Assembly: GCA_041664205.1 (NCBI GenBank)
Contig: JBAYLF010000001.1
Location: forward strand, 67,380-131,379
Length of the DNA: 64,000 nt
Reading direction: 5' to 3'
From: Minisyncoccota bacterium
GTDB lineage: Bacteria > Patescibacteriota > Minisyncoccia > Phycocordibacterales > JBAYLF01
Positions within the stretch are counted from its first letter, which is position 1, and every line of letters starts with the position of its first letter. Position numbers and translations under genes: made by a program. The notes beneath the pieces are model-generated. The model saw only the letters and a list, made by a program, of their open reading frames with translations, made no database searches and had not been told where the DNA came from. Positions 1-10,973 of the stretch are shown here, piece after piece.

Positions 1-2643
1 TTCATAGAACGAAACAACATTCAAAAGTCTGGTAAATACTTTTTTTACAACTTCATCCAAACCTTTTTCAGTAAATGCTATTTCCTCCCCTTTTACTGCG
101 GGCGATGTCAAAAGATAAAATCTTAAAGCATCTGCGCCATATTTATCTAAAACATAATCTATCGGCGGATAATTTTTTAAATGTTTGCTCATTTTTTGTC
201 CGTCTTCTGCAAGAACAGTTCCATGTGTAATTACACATTTATATGGAGCATGATCAAAAAGTGCCGTTCCTAAAACAATCAATGAATAAAACCAGCCTCT
301 AGTCTGATCAATTCCTTCCGCAATAAAATCAGCTGGGTATCGTGTATTTTTTTCAGGATCGAATTTATCTTTATTTTCAAATGGATAGTGATTTTGTCCA
401 TAAGGCATTGAACCAGATTCAAACCAGCAATCAAAAACTTCTGGAACTCTTTTTAGAGTTGCTCCGGCCTCGCAATCACATTTAAAAGTAAGTTCATCGA
501 TATATGGCTTATGAAAATCGAGCTCATAATTTTCATTGTGGGGCAAAGTCGTAAACTCAAGTTTTATCATTCCTCCTGTAGGAATAAACTCCGAACTGTC
601 CTTAGTCATAGAAACCGTCTTTTTTACATCAAACCCTTCGCTTACAGATTTCAAAAGCCATGCTGGACATTCATGAGTAACGATTAAAATATTTTTCTTC
701 TCGTATTTATTATTTATATCGTAAATAAACTCTCCTACTCTTCTTTTTACATCTGAAAGATTTTCTCCATTCGGCGCCCTAGTGACAAATCTATCTTCAT
801 AACCTTTGAAATAATTTACATATTCATTTACAGATTTTCCATTTAAATCACCTGCATTAATTTCTCTGAGCCTATCATCAGTAATAATTTTTTCAGAAGA
901 AACACCTAAGGCTTTTGCAATAATTTCAGCGGTTTCCTTAGTTCTTAAAATTGGCGAACGAAATATAAGATCAATTTTTTCTTTTTTAAGAAGTTCAGCT
1001 GTATCAAGAACTTGATCTTTACCTTTTGAAGTTAGAGGTCTTGGTGTGCTATCGTCGCTATTTATAACACCTAGTGCATTACTTTCTGATTCGCCATGGC
1101 GCATTACAAAATAATTATTTCGCGTTCCTACTTTTTCTTTTATATCAGCAATAGATCCTAGAACAACTTTGTCGTCGCATTTTGTGCATGTCCAAACTGG
1201 AAGTGGCGCGCCCCAATATCTTGAACGTGAAATAGACCAATCAGGAGCTCCTTCAAGTAATTTGCCGAAACGGCCATCACGAATTTCCTCCGGTATCCAA
1301 TGAACTTTTTTATTTTCTTCAATTAATCTGTTCTTGAATTCTGAAACTTTAACAAACCATGAAGAAGTAGCGTAATTCAAAAGCGGTGTATCGCATCTCC
1401 AACAATGAGGATACGAGTGCGTAATCTTTTCTTTTTCAAAAAGAAGTCCTTTGCCCGCAAGATTTTTTAAAACAACAATGTCAGTAGATTGGTGATCATC
1501 TTTTGGCTTTACCATAAGACCAGCAAAATCAGTAACTTCTGATTTAAATTTTCCATCAATTCCAACATGATGAATTATCGGCAAATTTTTCTCATTGGCC
1601 AAATTCAAGTCGTCCCCTCCAAAAGCGGGAGCGATGTGAACAATTCCTGTTCCGTCTTCTGTTGTTACAAAATCCGCGCTATATACTTTCCAGCCATTTT
1701 CTATATTTGGAACTTTTGCGCCAATATAATAATTAAAAGCAGTCTTGTATTGAGTATTCAAAAGTCGGTCGCCATTAAATTCTTCAACAACTTTATATTC
1801 TTTATTTTTGAAAACTGTTTCGAGTCGCGACTTCGCAAGAATAAGAAATTCTTCTCTCGAATCTGCATCTTTTTTGTAAGAAACTTTTACATAAGGAATA
1901 TCACTTTTAATAGCAAGCGCAACATTTCCAGGAAGAGTCCATGGGGTTGTTGTCCAGGCTAACAAAAATGTTCCAGGTTCAGTAGCAATTTCAAATTTCA
2001 CATAAACAGAAATATCGGCAATATCTTTGTAGCCTTGTGATACTTCAAAGTTTGAAAGTGTTGTCTCGCAACGGGGACAAACATGCATCGCTTTAAAACC
2101 TTTATAAATGTAGCCTTTGTCAAAAATATTTTTAAATATCCACCAGACAGTTTCAGTGTAATCGGAATCCATTGTTCTGTAAGCATTCTCCATATCAGCC
2201 CATCGTCCCGTTCGTGGAATAATTTTCTTCCAATCATCTACATATCTTTGCACTGCTTCTCTGGCAGCCTGATTGAATTTAGCAACGCCAAAATTCTCAA
2301 TATCTTTTTTTACTTTTAGATTGAGTTCTTTTTCAATAATATTTTCAATAGGAAGACCGTGGCAATCCCAACCCCATCGACGAGGAACATATTTACCGCG
2401 CATTGTTTGGAAACGCGGAATCACGTCTTTCATTGTGCCAGGCAAAATGTGTCCGTAGTGCGGAAGTCCTGTAGCAAATGGTGGGCCATCATAAAAAACA
2501 AACTCGGTTTTACCCTCGTTTTTCTTGAGTGATTTTTCAAAAACTTTATTTTCCTGCCAGAAAGCAAGAATTTCCTCCTCTTTTTTAGATAGACTGCTTT
2601 TTTCCTGAACATTGTCAGGTTGTTTTTTTTGTTCTTCTGTCAT
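1..2643 (-). CDS. ileS: Isoleucyl-tRNA synthetase (IleRS type 2) with inserted histidine-phosphatase domain; runs off the left window edge
   Basis: Hand translation from ATG at 2643 (not in the ORF track): FYDGPPFATGLPHYGH, GWDCHGLPIE, AWTTTPWTLPGN, DWSISRSRYWG, DCWFESGSMPY, GQKMSKHLKNY; YFVMRHGESE insert near 1093-1115. Confidence 0.95.
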   Translation of the reverse strand, partial: MTEEQKKQPDNVQEKSSLSKKEEEILAFWQENKVFEKSLKKNEGKTEFVFYDGPPFATGLPHYGHILPGTMKDVIPRFQTMRGKYVPRRWGWDCHGLPIENIIEKELNLKVKKDIENFGVAKFNQAAREAVQRYVDDWKKIIPRTGRWADMENAYRTMDSDYTETVWWIFKNIFDKGYIYKGFKAMHVCPRCETTLSNFEVSQGYKDIADISVYVKFEIATEPGTFLLAWTTTPWTLPGNVALAIKSDIPYVKVSYKKDADSREEFLILAKSRLETVFKNKEYKVVEEFNGDRLLNTQYKTAFNYYIGAKVPNIENGWKVYSADFVTTEDGTGIVHIAPAFGGDDLNLANEKNLPIIHHVGIDGKFKSEVTDFAGLMVKPKDDHQSTDIVVLKNLAGKGLLFEKEKITHSYPHCWRCDTPLLNYATSSWFVKVSEFKNRLIEENKKVHWIPEEIRDGRFGKLLEGAPDWSISRSRYWGAPLPVWTCTKCDDKVVLGSIADIKEKVGTRNNYFVMRHGESESNALGVINSDDSTPRPLTSKGKDQVLDTAELLKKEKIDLIFRSPILRTKETAEIIAKALGVSSEKIITDDRLREINAGDLNGKSVNEYVNYFKGYEDRFVTRAPNGENLSDVKRRVGEFIYDINNKYEKKNILIVTHECPAWLLKSVSEGFDVKKTVSMTKDSSEFIPTGGMIKLEFTTLPHNENYELDFHKPYIDELTFKCDCEAGATLKRVPEVFDCWFESGSMPYGQNHYPFENKDKFDPEKNTRYPADFIAEGIDQTRGWFYSLIVLGTALFDHAPYKCVITHGTVLAEDGQKMSKHLKNYPPIDYVLDKYGADALRFYLLTSPAVKGEEIAFTEKGLDEVVKKVFTRLLNVVSFYE

Positions 2644-2789
2644 AATTCCCTATCATAACAATTTTTCCGAATTTTTCTAGTATTATAAAAAAAGGAGTTA
2701 CTCACAATAAATGTGGTAACCCCTTTGATGTTTTCTTAATCTTTCAATTTAAAAAACATATTAGATTAGATACAATCTCTCTTCGAGTT

Positions 2790-3347
2790 TTAGTATCCAT
2801 ACGCCCGACGAAGTGCCTTTCGAAGTTCAGCATCCTCACGAGCTTTCCTTTTTTCTTGTGCGATTCTCTCCCTACTGATCATTGCACACACTTTTGCATG
2901 TGCTTCCTCATGCTTGCTTTCAAGCAATTCATAGAGATTAAGAATCGGATCGGCAGAAGATTCCATGTCCCGGGCTATTGTTTTAACCCAACGTCCGTGA
3001 CCACGAGCATCAAGTCCTCCATAGAAAATCAGAAACATGGTCAATATGGTCCATTTATCTGTGTCATGGAAATTGCCAATCACTGTAATGTGATACTTTT
3101 CTTTGACTGCGTTCAGTGCCTTCGTTACACGTTCTGCATCCTTGCCACCCACATCCTTGAAATAAGCCAGCACCAACTTACTAATAGTGCCGAAACTCAT
3201 AACATCACCGCTGCGAACGAACACTTCGTCATTGTGAATAAGTTCGTTTACAGCTTTTACAAGAAGTTGTTCATCTTGTAATTCTTCGGGTGTAAGCTGA
3301 TGAAGTTCCACTTCATCCAATTCATTAAGAATATTTCTCATATACAA
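2790..3347 (-). CDS. Hypothetical protein (ORFan) with its own promoter and terminator
   Basis: 185 aa ORF, no recognisable motif; consensus promoter at 3418-3446. Confidence 0.7.
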   Translation of the reverse strand: MYMRNILNELDEVELHQLTPEELQDEQLLVKAVNELIHNDEVFVRSGDVMSFGTISKLVLAYFKDVGGKDAERVTKALNAVKEKYHITVIGNFHDTDKWTILTMFLIFYGGLDARGHGRWVKTIARDMESSADPILNLYELLESKHEEAHAKVCAMISRERIAQEKRKAREDAELRKALRRAYGY

Positions 3348-3417
3348 TCATAAGTAATTGATCAGATATCGCTCTAATCGATTGCGTGTCTCTTTTAAAA
3401 GAACATTTTATACTAAA

Positions 3418-3446
3418 ATTATAGCAAATTTAATATCATTTGTCAA
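3418..3446 (-). promoter_or_regulatory. Sigma70 promoter (TTGACA-17-TATAAT, extended -10 TG)
   Basis: Minus strand reads TTGACA aatgatattaaatttgc TATAAT, a perfect consensus; boxA-like GTTCTTTTAAAA follows near 3393-3404. Confidence 0.8.
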
Positions 3447-3505
3447 GCATATGTATCATAAACACGCATACTTGAAAAAATTAGTATTATACAGAAATTT
3501 AGTTT

Positions 3506-5236
3506 CTACATCTTCTCTGGAACCTTGATTCCTAAAAGATGCAATCCGTTTTTGAGCGTAATATAAACAGCCTTAGTTAAAGCCAATCTATGAGCCGAAG
3601 TTTTTAAATCGTCTGGATCAAGAATTTTATTATTAGCATAAAAGCTATTAAAAAGTGAGGCAATCTCTGTTAAATAAATAGCAATATAATGCAAAGAATA
3701 TTCATTTTGGGATCTTACTACTATTTCAGGAAAACGATAAAGCATTTTTTCCAACTCTGATGACCCCTCATCAATATCATCGGATAGTTCTTTTTCTATT
3801 GTTTCTACCAATCCTGAATTATTTAATTTTTCTAAAACTGATTTTGCGCGAACAAAAGAATATTGAATATAAGGACCGGAATCACCTTCAAATGAAATTG
3901 ATTTTTCAAAATCATAAATAATATCAGAGCCAGCAGACTGTTTTAATATAGAATATTTTATCGCGCCAATCGAAACTCTCTCTGCTATTTCTTTTTTCTC
4001 ATCGTCATCAAATCCACGATCTTTTATTTTTTCTTCTATCAATTTACTTATATCAGACATAAGAGACTCAGCTGTTATAACATCACCTGTGCGTGAAGAC
4101 ATTTTTCCAGTTGGAAGTCGTAGCATTCCGTGAGAAAGATGCTTAGTCTTAGCTCGTAATTCTGGGAATAAAAGCTCCATCGCTTTTAGCACTACGCTAA
4201 AATAGTCCCTAACTTCATTACCTGTAATTATTATAGATTTGTCATAAGAATATTCATCGTGTTTTATTTTTGCCAAACCAAGTTCTTTTGCTTCATATGT
4301 CGCTATTCCCTCTTTATTTATAAAAACCCTAGTATGCAGATCATATTTTTCTCCTTTAAAAATAACTGCGCCATCGCTTTTTTCAAAAATTTTGCCGATA
4401 TTTTCTTCGACTATTTTTTTACCAAGATCTGCGGTATTGCTTTCAAAAAAATAATAATCGAATGTTGTTCCAAGTTTTTTGTATATTCCTTCAAAATATT
4501 CTAAACTCCATTTTTTACCAAGATCATATAGGGCATTTATTTTTTTGTCAGATCGTTCGTAAATTTTTTTGTTAAGTTCTGCAATTTCTTGTTTATGTTC
4601 ATCATCGCTTTCATACATCATTGAGCCAGTTTTGTAACACATTCCTAAAAATTCCGCCTTACTAATAACTGAGTCTTTTTCATTAGGTAAAAGACTTTCA
4701 TTCATAAGAATTCCGCTCATAGCTTTTGCAACATGAAGCCCGACATCACCTTGATAACAGGCACGTTTTACTTCTGCGCCAGAAAATTCAACAAGTCTAG
4801 CGATTGATTCGCCAATTGAGTTCGACATCAAATGTCCGATATGAAATTCCTTAAATGGATTTGGGTCCGTGTATTCGATAATAACTTTTTTGTTTTTTAA
4901 AGAATCATTTTTTCCAAAATTTTCTCCTTCTTCGACTATCTGTTTAATACTATTTGCAAAAAATTCGTGCGACAAATAGAAGTTTATAAAACCAGGACCG
5001 GCAACCTCAACCTTTTCAATTTCTGGAATTTTATTTTTTGAAATTTCGGCGACAACTTTTTCAGCAAGATCTTTCGGAGAAGTTTTTAGTTGTTTTGAAT
5101 AAACAAGCGCTACATTAGTAGAATAGTCACCATTAGAAATATCTTCTGGATGTTCAGTAACAATATTTGAAACATCAGCATCTATTCCGAGTTTTTTTAA
5201 AGCTTCACCTATTAAAATTTTTAATTTTTCCTGCAT
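3506..5236 (-). CDS. argS: Arginyl-tRNA synthetase
   Basis: GDYSTNVA, AGPGFINF, EYTDPNPFKEFHIGH, KMSSRTG, SFEGDSGPYIQY, LGIKVPEKM C-terminus. Confidence 0.97.
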   Translation of the reverse strand: MQEKLKILIGEALKKLGIDADVSNIVTEHPEDISNGDYSTNVALVYSKQLKTSPKDLAEKVVAEISKNKIPEIEKVEVAGPGFINFYLSHEFFANSIKQIVEEGENFGKNDSLKNKKVIIEYTDPNPFKEFHIGHLMSNSIGESIARLVEFSGAEVKRACYQGDVGLHVAKAMSGILMNESLLPNEKDSVISKAEFLGMCYKTGSMMYESDDEHKQEIAELNKKIYERSDKKINALYDLGKKWSLEYFEGIYKKLGTTFDYYFFESNTADLGKKIVEENIGKIFEKSDGAVIFKGEKYDLHTRVFINKEGIATYEAKELGLAKIKHDEYSYDKSIIITGNEVRDYFSVVLKAMELLFPELRAKTKHLSHGMLRLPTGKMSSRTGDVITAESLMSDISKLIEEKIKDRGFDDDEKKEIAERVSIGAIKYSILKQSAGSDIIYDFEKSISFEGDSGPYIQYSFVRAKSVLEKLNNSGLVETIEKELSDDIDEGSSELEKMLYRFPEIVVRSQNEYSLHYIAIYLTEIASLFNSFYANNKILDPDDLKTSAHRLALTKAVYITLKNGLHLLGIKVPEKM

Positions 5237-5247
5237 TGTTTTAAAAT

Positions 5248-5676
5248 TTATTTTCCTGAACTGCCAAAACCTTTTTTACCTCTTTGCGAGTCAGCCAGAG
5301 ATGTAACTTCCTTAACCTTAACCGATTCTTTTTTCTGAATAACCATCTGCGCTACCTTGTGGCCTTTTTCAAATTTATACACTTTTTTGGAAAGATTTAC
5401 TATACCAACTTTCACTTCACCTCGAAAGCCAGCATCGACAACACCACCTAAAGTTTTCAATCCAAAATTATGAGAAAGTCCGCTTTTATCCCAGATAAGT
5501 CCAACATATCCTTTTGGAATTTCTATCGCAACACCTGTGGCAACCGAAAATCTTTCGCCTGGCTTAAGCGTTACATTTTCATTTGAATATAGATCAAGAC
5601 CAGCATCGTCATGATTAGCATAGTTTGGTAAAATTGCGCTTTTATCCAACTTCTGAATTTTTAGTGTAATTGACAT
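5248..5676 (-). CDS. dut: dUTP diphosphatase (trimeric dUTPase); start moved to ATG 5676
   Basis: AGLDL, KSGL, GVVDAGFRGE, KVAQMVI, RGKKGFGSSG motifs; TACAAT 6 nt upstream of ATG 5676. Confidence 0.95.
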   Translation of the reverse strand: MSITLKIQKLDKSAILPNYANHDDAGLDLYSNENVTLKPGERFSVATGVAIEIPKGYVGLIWDKSGLSHNFGLKTLGGVVDAGFRGEVKVGIVNLSKKVYKFEKGHKVAQMVIQKKESVKVKEVTSLADSQRGKKGFGSSGK

Positions 5677-5734
5677 GAGGATATTGTAACAAAAAAGGCC
5701 TAACTTTGTTAGACCTTTATATTTTATACTTATC

Positions 5735-6406
5735 TTATTTAACAAGAATGCTTATTATTTCAAGACATTGCTTCTCCACAGCATCCGCAGACTGATTGGC
5801 ATCGATAATCTCGCAAGGAATACAGGGTAAAGAATCTTGATATCCTTTAGCCATTCTTTCATAGAAATCCTGATATCCTTTAGCCATTCTTTCATAGAAC
5901 CATCGAGGCTGATCATGGAAATGATGCGATATATCAGGACGAGCTTTATATCTCTTCTCAGCAACATCAAGATCAACGTTCAGATATATATACAAATCTG
6001 GAGCATTAAATGCATAAAATCTTCTCGCCTCAAAAAACCAATCTTTAAGAACAGGATATCCTCGTTCATATATCTGAATAGCATAAGTTGAGCTATCAAA
6101 TCTGTCACAAATAACATTTGCGCCTGATTTAATGGCTGGCGCTATAAGTTTTTGAACATGATCAATGCGTGCAGCCGTGATCATAAGAAAATCGACAGCA
6201 ATATCAGCACCTCTGGCTTCTTCAGATAAAATCACCGTTCTTAGTTTTTCAGCAAGAGGAGATCCGCCCGGCTCTCGTGTAAAAACAAAACTTTCCGAAG
6301 AAAGTTTAGCTTTTAGATTTTTTATCAGCGTAGTTTTGCCCGAACCTCTTATACCATCAACAACAATGAACTTGCCTTTCTTGTTTTTCATAGTTTCTTC
6401 GCCCAT
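5735..6406 (-). CDS. tmk: Thymidylate kinase with an internal 11-aa tandem duplication
   Basis: FIVVDGIRGSGKTT P-loop, TREPGG, VICDRF, PDLYIYLNV. Confidence 0.93.
   Translation of the reverse strand: MGEETMKNKKGKFIVVDGIRGSGKTTLIKNLKAKLSSESFVFTREPGGSPLAEKLRTVILSEEARGADIAVDFLMITAARIDHVQKLIAPAIKSGANVICDRFDSSTYAIQIYERGYPVLKDWFFEARRFYAFNAPDLYIYLNVDLDVAEKRYKARPDISHHFHDQPRWFYERMAKGYQDFYERMAKGYQDSLPCIPCEIIDANQSADAVEKQCLEIISILVK
5834..5899. repeat. 33-bp in-frame tandem duplication inside tmk (FYERMAKGYQD x2)
   Basis: 5834-5866 and 5867-5899 are identical except one synonymous change (CAA/CAG). Confidence 0.95.
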
Positions 6407-6412
6407 CTTAAC

Positions 6413-6898
6413 TTAAAAAATTTCTTCAAGCAATAAGACTGTATGGTTTGAAATTTCATATTTATCTTTCGGTTCGATATCTTTATGTTTTCCCCACTTC
6501 AAATGAATAGTTGTGCAACCAAGCAAATTTCCAAATCGAATTTCAGTATCTATTCTATTTCCAATAACCCAAACTGACAAAGCATCGTCAATTTTATATT
6601 CAGAGATTTTTTCTTTAAATATTTTTTCTTTTTCTTCATCTGTGCCGCAAATAATAATTTGATCAAAATATCCTCGAATACCCAGCACGTCTATTTTTTC
6701 ATTTTGAATTTCTGGATCGCCTCTTGAAATTAAAATTTTCGGACAAGTTATTTTTCCAAGAAGTATTTTGGAATATGGGAATAGAGTTATTGATAAAATA
6801 TCTTTATGAGATGCATCTAACTGTCCTGTTGTATCAAACAGAGTGTCATCGAGATCTATCAATAAAAGTTTCGGTTGTTCATTAAAAATTTTTTTCAT
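6413..6898 (-). CDS. HAD-superfamily hydrolase
   Basis: IDLDDTLFD motif I; VIGNRIDTEI motif IV variant. Confidence 0.85.
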   Translation of the reverse strand: MKKIFNEQPKLLLIDLDDTLFDTTGQLDASHKDILSITLFPYSKILLGKITCPKILISRGDPEIQNEKIDVLGIRGYFDQIIICGTDEEKEKIFKEKISEYKIDDALSVWVIGNRIDTEIRFGNLLGCTTIHLKWGKHKDIEPKDKYEISNHTVLLLEEIF

Positions 6899-6914
6899 TT
6901 ATTTTATAGTATAA

Positions 6915-6945
6915 CAAAAAGACCGCAATATTTTGCGGTCTTTTG
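6915..6945. terminator. Intrinsic terminator after the yvcK-like gene
   Basis: AAAAGACCGCAA..TTGCGGTCTTTT hairpin with A/T tails. Confidence 0.75.
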
Positions 6946-6954
6946 ATAAAATAA

Positions 6955-7938
6955 TTACAAACTAGCTATTACAGAAGCAATTTTTACATTATGTCTTACG
7001 ATATTGCCTGTCTGATCGGCAAAATTTCTGACTATAATCCGCTCAGCAAACTTACTAAGTTCATCATTATTTACAACAACAGGGTGAGCTTTTTCTTCAG
7101 AATATTTTACGATGATAGCCTCGCTTATACAAGCGGGATCATTGCATAATATAGCATCGAAATTATCACAACCAATATGTTTAAGAAGAACTCTGGCAAA
7201 ATCAGTGGCAGTAAAACCATCTGTTTCAGCCTTTTTTGTCATTACATTTACAATACATATAAGACTGGCTTTTGTTTCCTCAATAGCATCCTTAAATCCA
7301 TTTACCAAAGTATTTGGAATTGTAGAAGTAAAGAAATCACCAGGACAAAATACGATCTTCTGAGCATTAACGATCGCTTGATAAGCTTCTGTGTAAATAA
7401 AAGCTTCCGGCTCTAAAAATGCCCTGACGATAGTTCTGTCATCATCGATCGATCTTGTGTCTATATTACCTTCGCCTTTTATAATACTTCCATCATTAAG
7501 TTCTACACAAAGATCAGCATCGTCCAGACTTACCGGTAAAACTTTTCCTTTAACCCCATACCACTGACACATCGTATTGATAGCGGATGGTAAACTTCCA
7601 GTAATTTCTGTAAGCGCCGTAAGAAAAAGATTTCCCATCGTCACACCATCAAGTGATGATCCGTTTTGCGGTTCAAATCTGAAAGACAAAAGTTTTCGCA
7701 AAGTTGGCTCAATTTTATCATCCGCTAGAGCCAAGATCGCTTGTCTAATATCTCCTGGAGGTAAAACTCCTCTTTCATCGCGAAGCTGACCTGAATGACC
7801 ACCGTGATCAAAAGTGGTTTGAATAGTTGTTATATTCGATCTTATACGTTTTAAAAAATGTGCGATGCGATAAACTCCACCGCCACCACCAATAAGCACA
7901 ATTGATTCTTTTATTTTATTCACAGCTGTTTGTTTCAA
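6955..7938 (-). CDS. YvcK/GlmR (UPF0052, CofD-like) family protein
   Basis: IVLIGGGGG, DHGGHSGQLR, LPPGDIRQ, MGNLFL, PGDFFTS, NVMTKKAET, VRH motifs; TTG start. Confidence 0.88.
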   Translation of the reverse strand: MKQTAVNKIKESIVLIGGGGGVYRIAHFLKRIRSNITTIQTTFDHGGHSGQLRDERGVLPPGDIRQAILALADDKIEPTLRKLLSFRFEPQNGSSLDGVTMGNLFLTALTEITGSLPSAINTMCQWYGVKGKVLPVSLDDADLCVELNDGSIIKGEGNIDTRSIDDDRTIVRAFLEPEAFIYTEAYQAIVNAQKIVFCPGDFFTSTIPNTLVNGFKDAIEETKASLICIVNVMTKKAETDGFTATDFARVLLKHIGCDNFDAILCNDPACISEAIIVKYSEEKAHPVVVNNDELSKFAERIIVRNFADQTGNIVRHNVKIASVIASL

Positions 7939-7988
7939 TTAACAATTCTGCTAGAACTCTACCTGCTAACTATAAAAAAGCAAGAATA

Positions 7989-8021
7989 AAAAATCGCTTG
8001 TAAATTATACAAGCGATTTTT
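7989..8021. terminator. Intrinsic terminator after ppdK
   Basis: AAAAATCGCTTGTA..TACAAGCGATTTTT inverted repeat. Confidence 0.75.
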
Positions 8022-8038
8022 AAATATTTTTGGATAAA

Positions 8039-10795
8039 TTATTTCTGATCCGCAAGGGCTGCTTGGGCTGCAGCAAGCTTTGCTACTGAAACACGGAATG
8101 GACTGCAACTTACATAAGTTAAGCCTATCCTGTGGCAGAATTTTACGCTTTCAGGCTCGCCACCATGCTCTCCGCAAATTCCAAGTTTGATATCTGGTCT
8201 GGTCTTTTGTCCCAAATCTTTCGCAATTTGTATAAGCTTTCCAACACCATGCTGATCTATTGTTGAAAATGGATTCTTGGCGATAATTTCATTTTCAATA
8301 TATGCAGGCAAGAAACTTCCAGAATCATCTCGGCTCATACCAAGAGTTGTCTGTGTTAGATCATTTGTTCCAAAGCTGAAAAACTGGGCATCTTTTGCAA
8401 TTTCATCAGCAATAACAGCAGCACGTGGAATTTCTATCATTGTTCCAACTTTGTAATCAAATTTTACTTTTTTTTCTTTCGCAACTTCAGATGCAACGCG
8501 ATTAACAATTTCGAGCTGCATTTTTAATTCTTTTGTAAACCCAACAAGCGGGATCATGATCTCTGGCTTAACTTTAATTCCCTGTTTCATCACTTCTGCC
8601 GCAGCCTCAAAAACAGCTCGCGCCTGCATCTCAGAAATTTCAGGATATGAAATTCCTAAACGGCATCCTCGGTGGCCAAGCATCGGATTAAATTCGTGGA
8701 GTTCGTGAACTCGCTTTGCAATAAATTCAGAAGAAACTCCTATCTTTTGCGACAGATCATCTTGAGTCGTTATGTCGTGAGGCAAGAACTCATGTAAAGG
8801 TGGGTCGAGAAATCGAATAGTAGCTGGCAAACCTTTTAAAGCTTTAAATATTCCTGCAAAATCTTTTCGCTGATAAGGCAAAAGCTTCTGAAGCGCTTTG
8901 ACCCTTTCTTCTTTATCTTCAGCTAATATCATTTCGCGCATTGCATCAATTCGATCGCCTTCAAAAAACATGTGCTCAGTTCGGCAAAGGCCGATTCCTT
9001 CTGCTCCAAAAGCTAAAGCATTTTCAACTTGCTCTGGGGTATCAGCATTAGTTCTCACTCCAAGCTTTCTGAATTTATCAACCCAGCTCATAAGTTGTGA
9101 AAATTCCTTAAAAGTCTGACTCTTCTTTGGATCCAAAGTTTTTTCAACCAGGACTTGAACAACTTCTGACGGTGCAGTCTTTACTTCGCCTTCAAAAATC
9201 TCGCCTGTTGTTCCATCAATAGAAATGTAGTCACCTTGCTTAAATGTTTTTTCGTTTGCGGTTAATGTCTTTTTTGCGTAATCAATATGAAGAGTAGAAA
9301 CTCCGCAAACACAAACTTTACCCATTTGTCTTGCAACTAAAGCCGCATGTGAAGATACTCCGCCTCGTGCAGTCAAAATTCCTTCTGCAGCGATCATTCC
9401 TCTAAGATCTTCTGGTGATGTTTCGATTCTAACAAGAATAACTTTTTCGCCTTTGTGCGCCATTTCAACAGCATCAGTTGCGTTGAAAACAATTTTTCCG
9501 GAAGCGGCACCTGGGCCCGCCGCCAAACCAACTGCAATCTTTTCGGCGCTTCTTGCTGAACTCTTATCAAATATCGGCGCAAGAACGTGTGCTAGAGAAT
9601 CAGCTGGAATTCTTTTTACAGCTTCTTCTTTAGTGATCAATTTTTCATTTACCATGTCAACGGCAATTTTTACAGCGGCCAAGCCAGTTCTTTTGCCGTT
9701 TCTTGTTTGAAGCATATACAAATGATTGTCTTCAACAGTAAATTCAAAATCCTGCATATCTTTAAAGTGCTTCTCCAAAGCTTCTCGCACTTTTAATAAA
9801 TCCTTATAAGCTTGAGGCATTTCTTCTGCAAGTTTCAAAACTGGATGAGGTGTTCGAACTCCAGCAACTACATCTTCGCCTTGTGCGTTTATCAAATATT
9901 CTCCATAGAAAGCTTTTTCACCAGTTGCAGGATTTCGAGTGAATGCAACTCCAGTCGCACTTGTATCTCCCATGTTTCCAAAAACCATTGTCTGAACGTT
10001 TACCGCAGTTCCCCATTCGTGAGGAATTCCATACTTTCGACGATAAACAATCGCGCGATCATTGTTCCAAGAACTGAATACTGCGCCAATAGAACCCCAG
10101 AGTTGTTCTCTCGGATCTTGAGGAAATGCTTTTCCTGTTCGCTCTTTTATAAGATCTTTAAATCCTTGAACAAGTTTTTTCAAATCTTCTACTTTAAGTT
10201 CTGTATCATCTTTAACTCTTGCCTCTCGTTTAATTTCTTCAATCACAACTTCAAATGGTTCATGATCTTCGTCTGGCTTTCTTTGAACTCCCATAACAAC
10301 GTCGCCATACATCTGCACAAATCTGCGGTATGAATCCCAAGCAAAGCGATGATTTCCGGTTCTCTCTCCTACAATCTCAACAGTTTTGTCATTCATTCCC
10401 AAGTTCAAAATCGTATCCATCATTCCAGGCATTGAGTCGCGAGCACCTGATCGCACTGAAACAAGCAAAGGCTTTTCTTTGTCGCCCAACTTTTTTCCGA
10501 CAGATTTTTCAAGCTTTAAAAGCGCAGCTTCAACCTGTGCCTTTAATTCAGCTGGATATTTTTTGCCATTTTCATAAAAATAATTGCAAACTTCCGTTGT
10601 AAGAGTAAATCCTGGAGGAACAGGAAGTCCTATGCGGGTCATTTCTGCAAGATTTGCACCCTTACCTCCTAAAAGCGGTTTCATACTGCCGTCGCCATCA
10701 GCACCACCATTACCAAAAAAATAAACGTACTTACCTTTTTTTCCTGCACTTTTCGATTTTGAGTTCGAAGCAGAAGTTTTTCCTTTTGTAGCCAT
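8039..10795 (-). CDS. ppdK: Pyruvate, phosphate dikinase (start likely MATKGK, 10795)
   Basis: [35 protein letters not shown] phospho-His, [30 protein letters not shown]. Confidence 0.97.
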   Translation of the reverse strand: MATKGKTSASNSKSKSAGKKGKYVYFFGNGGADGDGSMKPLLGGKGANLAEMTRIGLPVPPGFTLTTEVCNYFYENGKKYPAELKAQVEAALLKLEKSVGKKLGDKEKPLLVSVRSGARDSMPGMMDTILNLGMNDKTVEIVGERTGNHRFAWDSYRRFVQMYGDVVMGVQRKPDEDHEPFEVVIEEIKREARVKDDTELKVEDLKKLVQGFKDLIKERTGKAFPQDPREQLWGSIGAVFSSWNNDRAIVYRRKYGIPHEWGTAVNVQTMVFGNMGDTSATGVAFTRNPATGEKAFYGEYLINAQGEDVVAGVRTPHPVLKLAEEMPQAYKDLLKVREALEKHFKDMQDFEFTVEDNHLYMLQTRNGKRTGLAAVKIAVDMVNEKLITKEEAVKRIPADSLAHVLAPIFDKSSARSAEKIAVGLAAGPGAASGKIVFNATDAVEMAHKGEKVILVRIETSPEDLRGMIAAEGILTARGGVSSHAALVARQMGKVCVCGVSTLHIDYAKKTLTANEKTFKQGDYISIDGTTGEIFEGEVKTAPSEVVQVLVEKTLDPKKSQTFKEFSQLMSWVDKFRKLGVRTNADTPEQVENALAFGAEGIGLCRTEHMFFEGDRIDAMREMILAEDKEERVKALQKLLPYQRKDFAGIFKALKGLPATIRFLDPPLHEFLPHDITTQDDLSQKIGVSSEFIAKRVHELHEFNPMLGHRGCRLGISYPEISEMQARAVFEAAAEVMKQGIKVKPEIMIPLVGFTKELKMQLEIVNRVASEVAKEKKVKFDYKVGTMIEIPRAAVIADEIAKDAQFFSFGTNDLTQTTLGMSRDDSGSFLPAYIENEIIAKNPFSTIDQHGVGKLIQIAKDLGQKTRPDIKLGICGEHGGEPESVKFCHRIGLTYVSCSPFRVSVAKLAAAQAALADQK

Positions 10796-10973
10796 ATTTT
10801 TAAAAAGAATGAATGAATAATTAAATAATGTAGGAATATGATAACACAATATGTTTTAAAAATAAAAAAATTGGGCATTTTAGACTATACAACTATAAAT
10901 TTGTGTAGTCTGAAAAATTTTTCTTCTAAAATTCATTCACTTTATGCTAAAGTAGCCTCAGAAAAACAGTACT

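Noticed and set aside
1567-2612. Track ORFs within ileS and other antisense or alternate-frame ORFs inside long genes
   Set aside because: Shadow ORFs overlapping well-supported conserved genes.
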